Of a DNA stretch of 64,000 nucleotides, positions 12,979-26,550 are shown piece after piece (positions within the stretch are counted from its first letter, which is position 1; each line of letters opens with the position of its first letter). A program made the position numbers and the translations under genes. Below the pieces are notes generated by a model. That model was not told the origin of the DNA. It saw only the letters and a list, made by a program, of their open reading frames with translations, and did not search any database. This DNA comes from Octopus vulgaris (lineage: Eukaryota): positions 24,180,001 through 24,244,000 of the forward strand of contig OX597822.1 in the NCBI GenBank assembly GCA_951406725.2, given 5' to 3'.

Positions 12979-13190
12979 GACGAGCGAGGTCGATTCGTGT
13001 TTAAATGTCAGACTCACCTTGACCTGTAGCTGTAATGATGGTGCCATGGTATTTGAAACTCTCAGCCTCTTCAAGAATATCACCATTGAGGACAATGGGT
13101 GTTTTGTCTGGTGGGGCAAAGCTGGCTGTGAGGATTTTGGTCTTCGAGGCATTGACTTCCATACCAATCTGTGTAAAAATTCCAGTGTGT
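12979..13190 (-). mobile_element. RTE-clade reverse transcriptase fragment
   Basis: IGMEVNASKTKIL...IVLNGDILEEAESFKYHGTIITATGQGESDI*TRIDLAR matches the late RT/thumb pattern of RTE elements. Confidence 0.75.
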
Positions 13191-13385
13191 AGAACACAAA
13201 TTTGCAAAACTTTTCTGAAAATTCCCCCCAAATTTTTTTAAATATGAAGGGTGCTTAAACCCGAATTCCACCTTAACGTGAAATTGTTGATGGAAAGTTT
13301 TAAATAGATCACTTTAAAGAGGATGGTTATATGATAGAGTCATGGGTGGTCTCAGGTGGGTTAGTATCAAAAAGGTTAATTTTTT

Positions 13386-13780
13386 TTTCTTTTACTTGTT
13401 TCAGTCATTTGACTGCAGCCATGATGGAGCACCACCTTTAGTCGAGCAAAATCAATCCCAGGACTTATTCTTTGGAAGCCTAGTACTTATTCTATTGGTC
13501 TCTTTTGCCGAACCGCTAATGTTACAGGGACGTAAACACACCACTATCAGTTGTCAAGCAATGTTGGGACAAACACAGAGACACACAAACATATATATAT
13601 ATGTATATACATATATATGATGGGCTTGTTTCAGTTTCCGTCTAACAAATCCACTCACAAGGCTTTGGTTGGTCCATGGCTATAGTAGAAGACACTTGCC
13701 CAAAGTGCCATATAGTGGGAATGAACCCAGAACCATGTGGTTGGTAAGCAAGCTACTTACTACACAGCCACTCCTGCACC
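13386..13780 (-). mobile_element. SINE family A, full length
   Basis: Reverse complement of 874-1270 and 48713-49112. Confidence 0.85.
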
Positions 13781-14175
13781 TATGTCCACTTTACCATGCT
13801 TGCATTAAGTCAAGCAGAGTTTATCGAGGTAGATTTTCTACAGCTGGATGTCCGTCTGGTCACCAACCCATACCTGTCTCCATGGCCCGATGTTTTTGCA
13901 GAATATTGGAAATGAACAACAGCAACACTCATTTACAACTACCATGCTACGTCAAGACAAGGAGACACAAACCTATATAATATACAGGGCGGGCCAAAAG
14001 TCATGCATAAAATAAGTTCAATATGCTCTGGAATTGTCAAAAACATGCTTTAGCTTTTCTGAAATTGAATAAGATAATGAATAATTAAATAAAATAATAA
14101 TGAATACACATGTACTTATACATGATGAACAAAAGGAATAATATATCAAATATAGCCAATACTGATGTGTAAGTA

Positions 14176-14735
14176 TTGGGTTGTCTGGAAAGTCTGTGCC
14201 AATTTTTAAAGGAAAGAAAAAGTTCAATAAATACTTGCCATCACATAATCAACCAAATATGAACCATTTTGTTGCACAATGCATCTCCATCTTTCCTTTA
14301 ACTTGAAAATACCCTCTTCCCAGAATTGAGGTGGTTTCATGGCAAAGAATTCATCAGGGTATCTTTTTATGTCAACCAAAGAACTGAAATTTTTACCATT
14401 AAGATATTCTGCAGAGACCTGAATAAGTGGAAATCCGAAGGAGCAATATCTGGTGAATATGGAGGGTGGGGTAACACATCCCAGCCGAACTGCAGCAATG
14501 TTTGTCTGGTTCCCAAAGCATCAAGTGCTGAAAATGAACTTTCTTATCTTCCATTTTAAAGGGTTACAGAATTAACACAGGTTATAGGAACATAAACCTT
14601 CTTCCACGAAAAGATAGCTTAAACTGTGCTCTAAATGGAGGTGTAGTCAAATCCTATTTTATGGACTCAACCATGTTCTAAAATAAGTTGAAAGGTAAGC
14701 TACTATAAATCGGCAAGAACTTTCCGGACAACCCA
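14176..14735 (-). mobile_element. Internally deleted mariner transposon
   Basis: TA-TTGGGTTGTCTGGAAAG / CTTTCCGGACAACCCA TIRs; minus strand encodes [21 protein letters not shown]. Confidence 0.85.
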
Positions 14736-15929
14736 CGTAAAAAGCACTTTCCGAGTGTTGGGCCTCACGGAGGCAATGAAATTGTAGTTGTGGCAGATAC
14801 TGGTGTCATGCAATAGGCAGCCATGCTGGTGGCACATGAAAACATGCATTACACTCTCAGAATGGTTGGCATTAGGAAGGGCATCCCCTCAGCTTGCCAG
14901 CCCTGGTCAAATTGTCCAACCCATCCAAGCATGGACAACGGACATTAAATGTTGATGATAATGAATATACTATAAGGTATATTAAACGTTTTTATAAGTC
15001 AAAACTATATTCTACTGTGTTAGAATATGTCAAATATATTGGAGTGTCACTTTTGGCCCACCATGTATATATATATTCTTTTATTCAAAAGAATATATAT
15101 ATAATAAAAGAATATATGACTTGTTTCAGTCAATTGACTGTGGTCATGCTGGAGCACCACCTTTTGTTGAAGAAATAGACCCCTAAACTTATTCTTTGTA
15201 AAACTGGTGCTTATTCTATTGGTCTCTTCTGCCAAACTACTAAGTTATGGGGATGTAAACACACCAACATTGGTTGTCAAGATGGTGGGGTGGACAAACA
15301 TCTTAACTATACAGCCACACCTGAGCCTAAGAAAAAAAACAAAAAAAAAAAACATTTCTGAAAAATTATGAACATACTAAAAATCATAAAGCAAAACAAT
15401 AAGAATGTGTTTGTGTGCTTTTCTGTTTTTTCTTTTTTTGCATATCATTTACTTTGTCATTTTATTCCACAGGCAGGATACTTTATACAAACCACAACAA
15501 AGGACATACTTTCAGTTCTTTTTTTTTAAGATAAGGCATATTTAATAACAATGTATAAACATGGGGCATCACCACCATCATCATCATCATGTATACTGCC
15601 AAGCTTCTTTGGAACATCAACAAGCCATAGCAAAATTTCTGTATTAAAAAAGTACCAAAAAAAAACCCCCCAAACAAAAGGGTAACAAAGGGAAAGGACC
15701 CATTTGCTTGAAACACAAATGAAGAAATGGACGTATACATAGGTAATGCACAAACTTATCCAAATGGAACTCCACCGATTTTGATAATGAGTATTCTTGT
15801 TGTTTGCTCCACTGAACAGCTTATCATTGTGTATGTATTTAAGTAAGTGGCTGTGTACTCCACAGACAAGTGTAATCTTAACCATTTAGCATTCAGATTA
15901 CTCTGTGAAATGTAATGCATATTTATTCA

Positions 15930-16300
15930 CGTGGCACGTAAAAAGCACCCACTACACTCACGGAGTGGTTGGCGTTGGGAAGGGCATCCATCTGTAGAAA
16001 CACTGCCAGATCAGACTGGAGCCTGGTGCAGCCTCCTGGATTCCCAGACCCCGGTCGAACCGTCCAACCCGTGCTAGCACGAAAATCCCATGCTAGAATG
16101 GGTTGGATGGTTCAACAGGGGCCATCCAGGTAGAAGACAACACCAGACTCCTGTATCCATTTTGACATGGTTTTTATGGCTGGATGCCATTCCTAACGCC
16201 AACCACTCCATAGAGTAGACCGAGTGCCTTTTACATGGCATCAGCACAGGCGACATCAGTTTTGGTATGGTTTTTACAGCTGAATGCCTAACCAAATACC
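15930..16300. mobile_element. Two family C elements (RTE-type non-autonomous, GGAAGGGCATCC core) joined tail to tail
   Basis: Plus copy to about 16080, then reverse copy from about 16087; both carry CCAACCC(A/G)TGCTAG and GTGGTTGGCGTT.GGAA. Confidence 0.7.
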
Positions 16301-17595
16301 AACCACATTGTGATTATTTTAAGAATGATATATTTTAGGGTTGGTGTGGCAGGCTGGATCTGGTCAGTTTGGATATAAAACTGGTAAAATATTTAGACCA
16401 GACATTTTTGGATTGGATTGCTCATGTTCAGTCCACTGCAGCTCAAAGGCCTCAGCATGTTCTCTCCACCAAAGAACAGCTTGAGATCATACTGGTTTGA
16501 TAAGCCTACTCTGCCATACTGGCTTGACAAAAGGGAGCAATTTCTATACTCATGCCCAGTAGTTAAGCCAATTGCATTGACCCCAGTGGTCACATGGTAC
16601 TTATTTTATAGAGCCCAACAGGATGAAAAGCAAAGTCAACTTTGGTGGAATTTGAACTCAGAACATAAAGACATTTTGCCTGGCCTGCTAACAATTCTGT
16701 CAGCTCACTACCCTAGGCCAGACATGGATGGTTTAAATGCTCAAGGGTTAATGTAATCCTTGGACAGAATCAGTATGGTGCCATGTGAGGACATAATGAC
16801 AAAAAGTTGGTCCTTTTTGAATTACAAGTATAGTTCAACTGACAGGCTTCTACAGTTTCTGTCTATCCAATTTCACTACTTGTAAGGCATCAGTTGACTG
16901 AGGTTATGATAAAAAAAAGTCCAAGATGCCACACAGACGAAAGAACACTCCTGTTTGTGTATATGTGTGTGTGTGTGAGAGAGAGAGAGAGAATGGGACA
17001 CCAGGGTTGCAAAAGACCAAGTTAAACCAACTGGTTAATTTGTACAGATAGTCAGAAATAAAATATAAAACAAAAGAAATAGCAACACAAGAGAAAACCA
17101 AAACTAAAAGTATTTTTTTTTTTTTATTAAAAAGAATTTTTAAAATTATCACAGTGAGAAATTAATGTTGATGTTTAAAGATGGTGGTGAACGAAAGTAG
17201 ACAACTAATTTGTATGTATGTATGTAAAACAATGATAAGTATAAAAGCATAGGAATGGTGTATGTGTGTATATATATATATAAAGGAAATGAAACAAACT
17301 TAAGTGCTATACAGAACATGCTCTTGAGGCATTTGTTTTTTGAGTATATTTTTTTTTCTGAAAGCTGAAGCAATGCATTTATAAAAAGAAAACAGATTGA
17401 TTGTTTTACCTGATATTACATTTCAGAGTTAGAGGAACCATTCCTCGGGAAAGGTTTGGAGAAAAGTTATTTGCTGACTTCTCTGTCCAAAAAATTCAAG
17501 AACGGGTCCCAACCTTGAAATACCAGATAAAATTATCAACCAGTATAACTTTTATAACTTGCATTGTTTTGGTTTATAAAAAAAAGTTATAATAT

Positions 17596-17598
<3 letters not shown>

Positions 17599-17648
<50 letters not shown>
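17599..17648. repeat. (AT)n microsatellite
   Basis: Direct reading; others at 19397-19442, 35217-35240 and 61627-61693. Confidence 0.95.
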
Positions 17649-17657
<9 letters not shown>

Positions 17658-19393
17658 GTCAATTAAAAAATAAATGAATAAAATTAATGGATGACAAGAG
17701 GAATGTATTAGCTTGATGCTTGGTAAAATGAGAGTTTGACATTTCAAGCATAAGCTCTTCATTGGAAAGGAGGCAAAGAAATTGCCAACATACATACACA
17801 CACACAAATGAGTGGATAAATGGAAGAAAAGGGACACTTAACACATTTAGTAGGAGTTACATGTATTATTAAAACAGTTTGATTTGGATCCATGTGACAA
17901 AGCTTCATGGGCCTCTAATAGAAGCCTGTCTCTTTCAGGCTTTAACGAGATGATGCTTCATGAAAACTATACTAATATATATATATATATATAGTTGTTT
18001 TTGTGTAATATGACAATATGCTACATGTGTGTGGAAGACTGTGAGCCTGGGTGCATGCATACACACATTATATAAAGTTATATATTTTTTTTTAATAAAA
18101 GAGCTATATATTACCAATATAATATATTAACATTTGTATTTATTCACATGTTTTATTACAATATCTAGATTAAGTAAGACCCTGATACTTAATATTATAT
18201 ACCTATATATTGTTGTTGTATGTTATAATAACCAAAAATTGTCTTCGACCTAAACAAGTTTGGATTAATATTATTTGGGATATATAGAAATATACTTAAT
18301 TGTAGATTCTATTTACTTAATTATTCTGTCTGTTATTATTTTTTTAAATTGCAATTGTTATGTAGTTGGAAAGTTAATGCTGACGCTCATAATACATAGG
18401 CATTTGAATTAATTTTTTTACAATCCAGCCATCTTTCCACACGGAATTTCATCTGATGAGACTCATGTAAGTGGACTGAATTGTTTATAAATCAAATAAT
18501 GTAATAAAAGTTGAAACAAATTGTTGGTACTTTTGGTTTGTTAATGATTTTTTTAATGTTATGATATAAATTATTGGATTGTCAATTGAATCTCTCTAAT
18601 TTATACATATATATTGCAAGCTTAATACACATGAGTGTATCTGCATATATCTAATGTGCCCACAGTGCAGTAATCATGGTAGTGGTAGAGGAGTATGTCT
18701 ATACACACATTAAAATAAAAGGAGTCATTTGGATATCTTATATATGTATGTATATATAGATAGTGTTGCATCACCCTTAACTCTCTTCTCTTTCTTGACA
18801 CATATACAAAAAAAAAACAAGGATCTTTTACCAAGTTTAATATAAAAGTTCTAACAGCAGGACAATAATTCTGTTTTGTGTGGTTCTAGGTGAATATTTT
18901 TAAATAATGAAATTGTAAGAACCCATATCAAATGTGATTTAAGATAACACATATACATATATATATATTTATATATATAAGAACTGAAGGAAATCTTGAA
19001 TGCACAGAGAAACACTGTGAAAGCAGCTTACAAGATTGGGTAAAATATCTTTATAGATTGGAAAAAAAAAGTGGCTAGCAAGCTGATACAAAACTCTGTA
19101 TCTCTCAGTTCATTTTTTTGTAGCAGACTGCTGGTCATTTTTTTTTCTCATCCAAAGAGTTTATGCAGTTTTTCTCCTGCACTTGAGATTTCCTTCATTT
19201 CTAAAATACCACTCACTCGGTGTTTCCAATGTTTGTTTATAGAAATGACCTCAGAGAAATAAATCAAACTAGTACACAATTTGCAAGTATTCAGAAATGA
19301 AACAAAGAGTGAGGTGAGGGGAACATCAAATTAGACAAAAGTTACCATGTAACCACATAACCATATAACCATATTTTGAAGCCAGACACCAAA

Positions 19394-19442
<49 letters not shown>

Positions 19443-19445
<3 letters not shown>

Positions 19446-19600
19446 GGAGAATTCACAAAAAAAAAAACAAAAGACAAAGACAGGTGGAGTAGACAACAAA
19501 CAACGCTCGAGAAGTGAAAAAGTCTAACGTTTCGAGCCTACATTCTTCTACAGAAAGAAACAAGGAGAGAAAATAAAGAATGTGTAGTGGCTAGTGATAT
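19443..19600 (-). mobile_element. Penelope-type short element with a decayed minimal hammerhead motif
   Basis: Minus strand: ttctttCTGTAGAA GAAT GTAG GCTC GAAACGTTAGAC; flanked by (TA)n. Confidence 0.45.
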
Positions 19601-19824
19601 ATATCTTTTATTTTAGTTTTCTGCTTTAATTCATTTTTTAAAATGACAAAGCATGTTGACAGTATTCATACTACTCTGAAAGAAAACTAAGCAGATTTGA
19701 CAAAAATGTACCTCAAACCCATACTTATTATTGCTATGTGAGATCTAGACTAACATACTTGGAAGTAGCTAGATATGCCCATACATGGATGGATATATAA
19801 ACAGAGAGACACCATTTATTATTA

Positions 19825-20400
19825 AAGTGGTAAGCTGGCAGGATCAGGAATCAGACAAAATGTTTAGTGGCATTTGTTCCATCTCTTTACATTCTGGATT
19901 CAAATTCTGTTGAGGCTGACCTTGCCTTTCAACCTTTCAGGGTCGATGAAATAAGTATCAGTCGAGTACTGAAGGAAATGTAAGAGATTTAGACCCTCCC
20001 CTAAAACTGCTGGCCTTGTGCAAAAATTAGAAAACATTATTATCTTGAATTATTCAAATATCACTGAGGTTAACTTTGCCTTTCATCCTTTCAGGGTTGA
20101 TGAAAATAAATGCCAATCAAACACTGGGGTCAATGAAATTGACTAGTGCTCCCTCCCAAAATTTCAGACCTGCCTGTAATAGAAAGGATTATTATCATTA
20201 TCAGATTTTCATCTTTCTGAGGTAGATAAAAATAAAGTACCAAATAACTATTGTCATTACAGCATCAATTTAAGTATTGCACAAAGAGTCTCAAGGAATA
20301 GTCAGACCTTCACATTCTAATCCCACCATGGCCAACTTTGTCAGTCATCCTTCAGGAGTCAGACAGAATCCACTGCACCCTTACCCCAAATCTAGATGAT
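19825..20400 (+). mobile_element. Cluster of decayed family B SINE fragments
   Basis: Repeated variants of TTTGCCTTTCATCCTTTCAGGGTTGAT (about 4 units). Confidence 0.7.
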
Positions 20401-21579
20401 TTGCTTACGTTAGAAACCTTTATAATTATATAAAATCAGTCTCTATATGACAATATGACAGCAGCCATTATTCATCTTGTCAATTCTGTATATTCAAATA
20501 AAAATTTCATCATCATTGCTTTAACATCTACTTTTCTATGCTAGCATGGATCAGATGGAATTTGAAGCAGATTTTCCATGACTAGACACCCTTGTCACTA
20601 ACCCCCACCTGATTCCGAGCAAGGTAATATTTTCCCCATGGCCTGACATGTTTTCAACAGAAGACTGGGAACTAACAACATTGTATGATGGAGATGCTCA
20701 TTTACAGCCATCACATATCTATACAAGGGTGCAGACATGCATGCACATGCACACACACATACAGCTACCGAATCCACTACCAAGGTACTGGTCGGCTTGT
20801 GGCTATAGCAGAAAACACCTGCCCAAGGTGTCATGCAGTAGGACTGAACTTAAGAGGGCTTGCTGCTCAACCATGTGGTCTTAACTACACAGCCGTGTCT
20901 GTACACACACACACACACATATATATATGTATGTTGAGACTTAGACTTAAATTGGATGTCAAATGACTAGCATTTAAAATCCCATGTGTATCCCTGTAAA
21001 TTCAAAGGGATCCTCTGAAGACGATTTGTATCATAGCCTGAATCTAATTTGCTTGGAATCTACAATTGTGTAGGTCACAGAGAACATAAACACACACACA
21101 CACCCACATTATATTGATAGAGTGTTATTTAAAGCATAAACGGTCTTTAGCAATGACCTAAGTTACAAAGAGGAAAATAAAGATATATAAATAAAATCTT
21201 CCAGAAGGTAATTTTCTTTTTGAAGGGTTGACAAAGGAAGGGCATCCTGCCATAAAACAGTACTTGGTAAAAAAAAAAAAAACCTATCCAACCCATGCTT
21301 GCATGTAATAGCGAAGTTAAGATAATAGTGATGACGATAAGATAATGATTAATCATAACATCTGGCCTTGCTATTAAATCAAAATTTTATCTTAATAAAT
21401 AAAAACAATTTGAAATACTACAAATAATAAACATAAATTTCTAGGGCAGTCAACTCCATGAAAAGCAAAGCTGACATCAGTGGAGTTTGATTTCAGGAGG
21501 TGAAGAGCTGCAAAGCATTTTGTTTGACATTGTATGAATTCAGCCTATCTAACGTCCTCTATAATAGGGGTAGTAATTC

Positions 21580-21849
21580 TGCCGCCTTGACTGGCTTCCG
21601 TGCCGGTGGCACGTAAAAAGCACCAACCGATCATGGCCGTTGCCAGCCTCCCCCGGCACCTGTGCCAGTGGCATGTAAAAAAGCACCCACTACACTCTCG
21701 GAGTGATTGGCGTTAAGAAGGGCATCCAGCTGTAGAAACACTGCCAGATCAGACTGGAGCCTGGTGCAGCCACCTGGCTTCTCAGACCCCGGTCGAACTG
21801 TCCAACCCATGCTAGCATGGAAAAGGGATGTTAAACAATGATGATGATG
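21580..21849 (+). mobile_element. Family C element with (GAT)n tail
   Basis: Two GTGCCGGTGGCACGTAAAAAGCACC modules, GAAGGGCATCCAGCTGTAG core, ATGATGATG tail. Confidence 0.85.
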
Positions 21850-23530
21850 TACAAGGCCAGCAATTTAAGGGAATTATTTTACTGACACCAAAAAGATGGA
21901 AGGCAAAGCTAACCTAGGCAGAATTTGAATTGATTGTGAAGAACCAGAAGAAATGCAGCTAAACGTTTTGTCTGACAGCTTGCCAATAATAAATATTGGT
22001 TTCAAATTTGGGCACAATGCCAGCAATTTCATGAGAGGGGACAAGTTGATTATGTTGACCCTAATGCTCAGCTGATTCTTATTTTGTCGACCCCAAAAGG
22101 ATGAAAGGTAAACTCAACCACAGTGGAATTTGAACTCAGAACATAAAGGCAGACAAAATATTGCTAACTATTTTGCCTGGCATGCTAATGATTCTGCCAG
22201 CTCACCACCTTAAAACACAAAATACAAAAGACAGATGAAATGCCGCTAAACATTTGTCCAGTGTGCTAACAAACCTGCCAGCAGCCACTTTAATAATAAT
22301 AATAATAATAATAATAATGGGTTTCAAATTTTGGCACAAGGCCAGCAATATCAGGGGAAGGGGCTAAGTTGATTAAATCAACCCCAGTGATCAACTGATA
22401 CATATTTTAATTGATTCTGAAGGGATGAAAAGCAAAGTTAACCTCAGCGGAATTTGAACTCAGAATGTAGATACAGACGAAATGCCACTAAGGATTTTGC
22501 CTGGCATACTAATGATTCTGCCATCTTAACTTAATAATAATGATGATGATGATGATTTCCTACATAAACAAAAGGCTGACAGGGAATGGTCTATTGTATT
22601 AATCTCAGTACTTATCTTTATTTCATTGACTATGGAAGGAACAAAGAGATTGACCTCGGTGGGACTTGAACTTAAAACACAAAAAAGAAAAAACTGACTT
22701 AATCACATTTAATGTAGGCACAAGGCTAGAAATCTAGTAGGGGAGGACAGACAATTAAATCAACCTCACAATCTGCCTTTCCTGTTCTTAACTGGCACTT
22801 TATTTTACCGACTTCTGTAGAATGAAAGGCAAAATTGACTTTGGCAGTGTAGGGGGACTTGGGATGTAAAGAGCAGAAAACAAAGATGGCCTGATATTTT
22901 GACCAAGCTCAACTGATTCTGTCAATCTTGTTCAGGTGAGGGGTAAAAATTATTCCTAATGGAGATCACTAATTTGGGGGAGGTAAAGAATAAAATCACA
23001 CCCCAGTATGTGAGTGGTATATATATATATATATATATAATATTGATGCCAGAAATATGAAAGGTAAAGTCAACATCAGGAACTTGGAACATTTTACTAA
23101 ATCCCCAAAATGCATTTTTCTCATACACCAACAATTCAGCCAGCTATCATTCATTTTGTCAGATGAACTATTAATTCTGCCTAATCATTACTTATTCTAT
23201 CTGATATACAACCATGTTTTAATAATAATAATGGCTTCAAATTTTGAGACAAGAGCAGCAGTTTTTGAGGGAAGAGAGAAGTCATGACCTCAAAAGAATG
23301 AAAGACAAAATTGACCCAGTGGAACTTGAACACAATGTTCAAATGCTGTTAAGCATTTTGTCCAGCATGCTAACAATTCCATTACCTTGACACCACTTTA
23401 ATAATAATTTTTTTCTACTATAAACAAAAAAATCTGATATTTTGGTGGAGGGGACCAGTCGATTACATTGACCCCAGTGCTTAACTGGAACTCATTTTAT
23501 TGACCCTGAAAGGATGAAAGGAATGCCACT
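21850..23530 (-). mobile_element. Head-to-tail array of decayed family B SINEs
   Basis: Recurrent GGATGAAAGGCAAAGT..ACC...GGAATTTGAACTCAG variants separated by (AAT)n. Confidence 0.75.
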
Positions 23531-25374
23531 AAGTAATTTGTTTGGTGATAGTGGTGAGGGTATAGTTGATTAAAGTAGCTTAAAACTTTACTAACACATT
23601 TTATTTTTCTGCCTTCCACCTCCTCAAAGTCAATTTCAGTGGGATTTGAAATTAATGGGGTCTACAGGTAAGACTGCATAGTTAAGAGAATTTCGCAGCC
23701 ATGTGGTTCTGGATACGGGCCCCAATGTGTGCTGCATACGAGGGCAATATCTTCAACAATCGGCTCAGTCTGACCAATAATATGTGAATGAGATTTGACT
23801 AACAAATACTGTGCAGAAGACGTTTGTGTGCATATACCTTGGCAATATTCTGCATTGAGTTACAAACACTCCCTTGTCACCCCCAGTCACAAATGCTGTG
23901 AACCAGTGATTAATTAACCTGCTGGAAACCAGTAACCAATGATGCTAATGTTCAACAATTGCAAATATAAAAAAATACAAAATTAAAATAATAAAATACC
24001 ATAAAATGTATTAAGTCATCCAAAATTATCATCCACTGCTTTCTTACTTTATTTTTTTTAAATTGTAAAAACACTGAATTCTTAGATGGGTAATGTAGAG
24101 TCAAGAAGCAATGCAATGCCTGCAGTTGAGAATATAAATATGCCTGAATCAAAAACACTATTTAGCTACCATTTTCTACCCAGGCTCTGAACCAACTCCA
24201 ACTAGCATGTAAAAACAAAACTAATGCCAACAAAACAAGTAATATGAATCTAAAATATCCAAGGAAGTTTCAGTCTTTGAAATAGGTATCTGCCACTAGA
24301 TTTTTGCTAACCCTCAGACAGAAATTCTATGTAAAAACTACATTAAGAGAATGAAAGTCTGAAGATTTCTAGAAACCAGCAGTAGAACTCTTTTGATTTT
24401 TGTTTTTCACTTTGACAATAGAATTTCAGAAAGCAGCTTCACTTTGTCACTGTCACACACAGCTAACCTCACTTTTCCATACACGGAAACAGAATGTCAC
24501 ACAGCAAACCTCACTTCTCGTTCTATTGGTATTGTAATGTACTAATAATACTTATAAATTAATGCTAACATTTGTATTAAAAAAAATGAAGCTAGGATGT
24601 TTTGTTTTCCTCTTACAAATATTTATTCTTAGAATTTAGAGGAACAATAACAAAAACTAAAAGCAATCCCTAACAGTTGTATATTAGGAGAAATGGTAAG
24701 CAGGGAGTCAATGAAGATAAAATTATTTTTTGACAAAAAAAAAAAAAAAAGATAAAACATTGAGGATAAATTAAGATAAAACAATGAAGTAAGAAAGGTG
24801 AATATAATATTACTTGTTAAAAAAAAAATCCATAAATTTCAAAAATAGGGCTGGTTGTATGTGTGTTACTTCCAAATTCAAGTTTCATTCAATTAGAAAG
24901 TAGGGTTAAAAAAAAATTAAAATAATAAATAATTGCACAATAAGCACATCTAAAATGCGAACACATCACGGATGGGAGGTGAGAGGGGTTCTCATTGTTA
25001 TAGTGTAAAGAGGAGGTAACATCACAGACAGTTGAGAAGAATATCAAATCAATTAAATTGGATTCATTGAATTCTAAAAAAAACAAAAAAAAAACCCTTT
25101 AAGGGAATCGTCACTCACAAATCAAACTTTCAGACCAATTAATACATTTTGAAACGAGTTTTATGGATTGTTAAAAACAATATATATATATATAAATAAT
25201 TCCTTAAAGCGAAAGAATGTTCTTTACTTTTTCTCTCCCTCATTTTCATAGTTCCGTACGTGACATACTTATTCCAACGGTAACTTATTCCAAGGTAAAC
25301 TACAATACATAGGTTTTTTTTTCTTTTCTTTTCTACAGTTCGAACACCTTTCACAGAAATACCAGCAATTAGGT

Positions 25375-25510
25375 TCACTCGAAGCCAAATATCTCAACTA
25401 CTTTACATTCAAAATCTTTGCTAGAGCATAAAGGTGGATTGCCAAACGTTTCGGTTTCTTCTGTACGACAGCGAAGTAGGTTCTCGTCAAGCATAATGGC
25501 AGTACCTCCT
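25375..25510 (-). CDS. TBC1D24: TBC1D24 terminal coding exon (TLDc C-terminus and TGA stop)
   Basis: ttattttcag|A GGA GGT...; GGTAIMLDENLLRCRTEETETFGNPPLCSSKDFECKVVEIFGFE*; phase 2 matches the previous exon. Confidence 0.95.
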
Positions 25511-25816
25511 CTGAAAATAAAGCAAAAAAAATAAACGTCACCGAATTAAATCATAAAATATTAAATTGCAGAACTTAACGAGATTACTTCCCCTTCAACT
25601 AGTATCTCCGGTTATTTCCCTTGGATTGACAAAAAAAGTTGTTTCTGTAAGATATTTTATGAGGATAAAACAATTAAAAAAAAAAAAGACGCAAAATAAT
25701 AGTAACATCAATCCTTTTGATAAAATTAATTTGCGACATCTAATATTTAATTCTAAAGCGCTGCTTTAAAGTTAATTTGAAAAATGAATCACTATAGAGA
25801 ACATAAACATCTAATA

Positions 25817-26025
25817 ACCTATTTCTTTATTACCCACAAGGGGCTAAACACAGAGGGGACAGACAAGGACAGACAAACGGATTAAGTCGATTATATCGAC
25901 CCCACTGCGTAACTGGTACTTAATTTATCGACCCCGAAAGGATGAGGAAGCAAAGTCGTCCTAGGCGGAATTTGAACTCAGAACGTAATGGCAGACGAAA
26001 TACGGCTACGCATTTCGTCCGGCTT
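25817..26025 (-). mobile_element. SINE family B
   Basis: Matches 41-272. Confidence 0.85.
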
Positions 26026-26244
26026 GCCCTAAGTGGGGGTCATCTCACGTTCTTTCAGTTGAACTGTTTATAACAATAGTCGACATAAAAAATTCCAGTT
26101 AATGAAGGGTTCTAGTAGCAAAAAAAAAAAACCCTACTTATATAAGACTTCTTTAGGGAGGGAGGAAGAGATTAAGATTACACTGATGTAAATATATCAT
26201 TAAGCAACAGGTTCATTAGCTCTACGATGGCTATGTCAGTGAAA

Positions 26245-26550
26245 ACAGATGGCTTAATGGTTAAGGTATTTGGCTCACAATTGTAAGGTTGAGAGTTCGA
26301 TTCATAGTGGTGTGTTGTGTCCTTCAGCAAGACACTTTATTTCACATTATTCCAGTCCATTCAGCTAGCAGAAATGAGTTGTACCTGTATTTCAAAGGAC
26401 CAGCCATGTCACATTCTGTGTCATGCTGAATCTCCCCGAGAACTAAATCTGTGGAGTATTCAACCAACCCTTTGCACGTTAATTTCACAAACAGGCTGTT
26501 CCACTGATCAGATCAACTGGAATACTCGTTGCTGTGACAGACAGAGTACC
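26245..26550 (+). mobile_element. SINE family D (tRNA head, GTGTCCTT.AGCAAGACACTTTA core)
   Basis: A/B box-like TGGCTTAATGG and GAGTTCGATTC; homologous to 35799-36350. Confidence 0.75.

Noticed and set aside
25293-25340. Plus-strand GT...polypyrimidine-CAG suggesting an antisense spliced gene over the last exon
   Set aside because: The implied intron is only about 45 nt, and the tract is explained as an A-rich stretch of the TBC1D24 3' UTR
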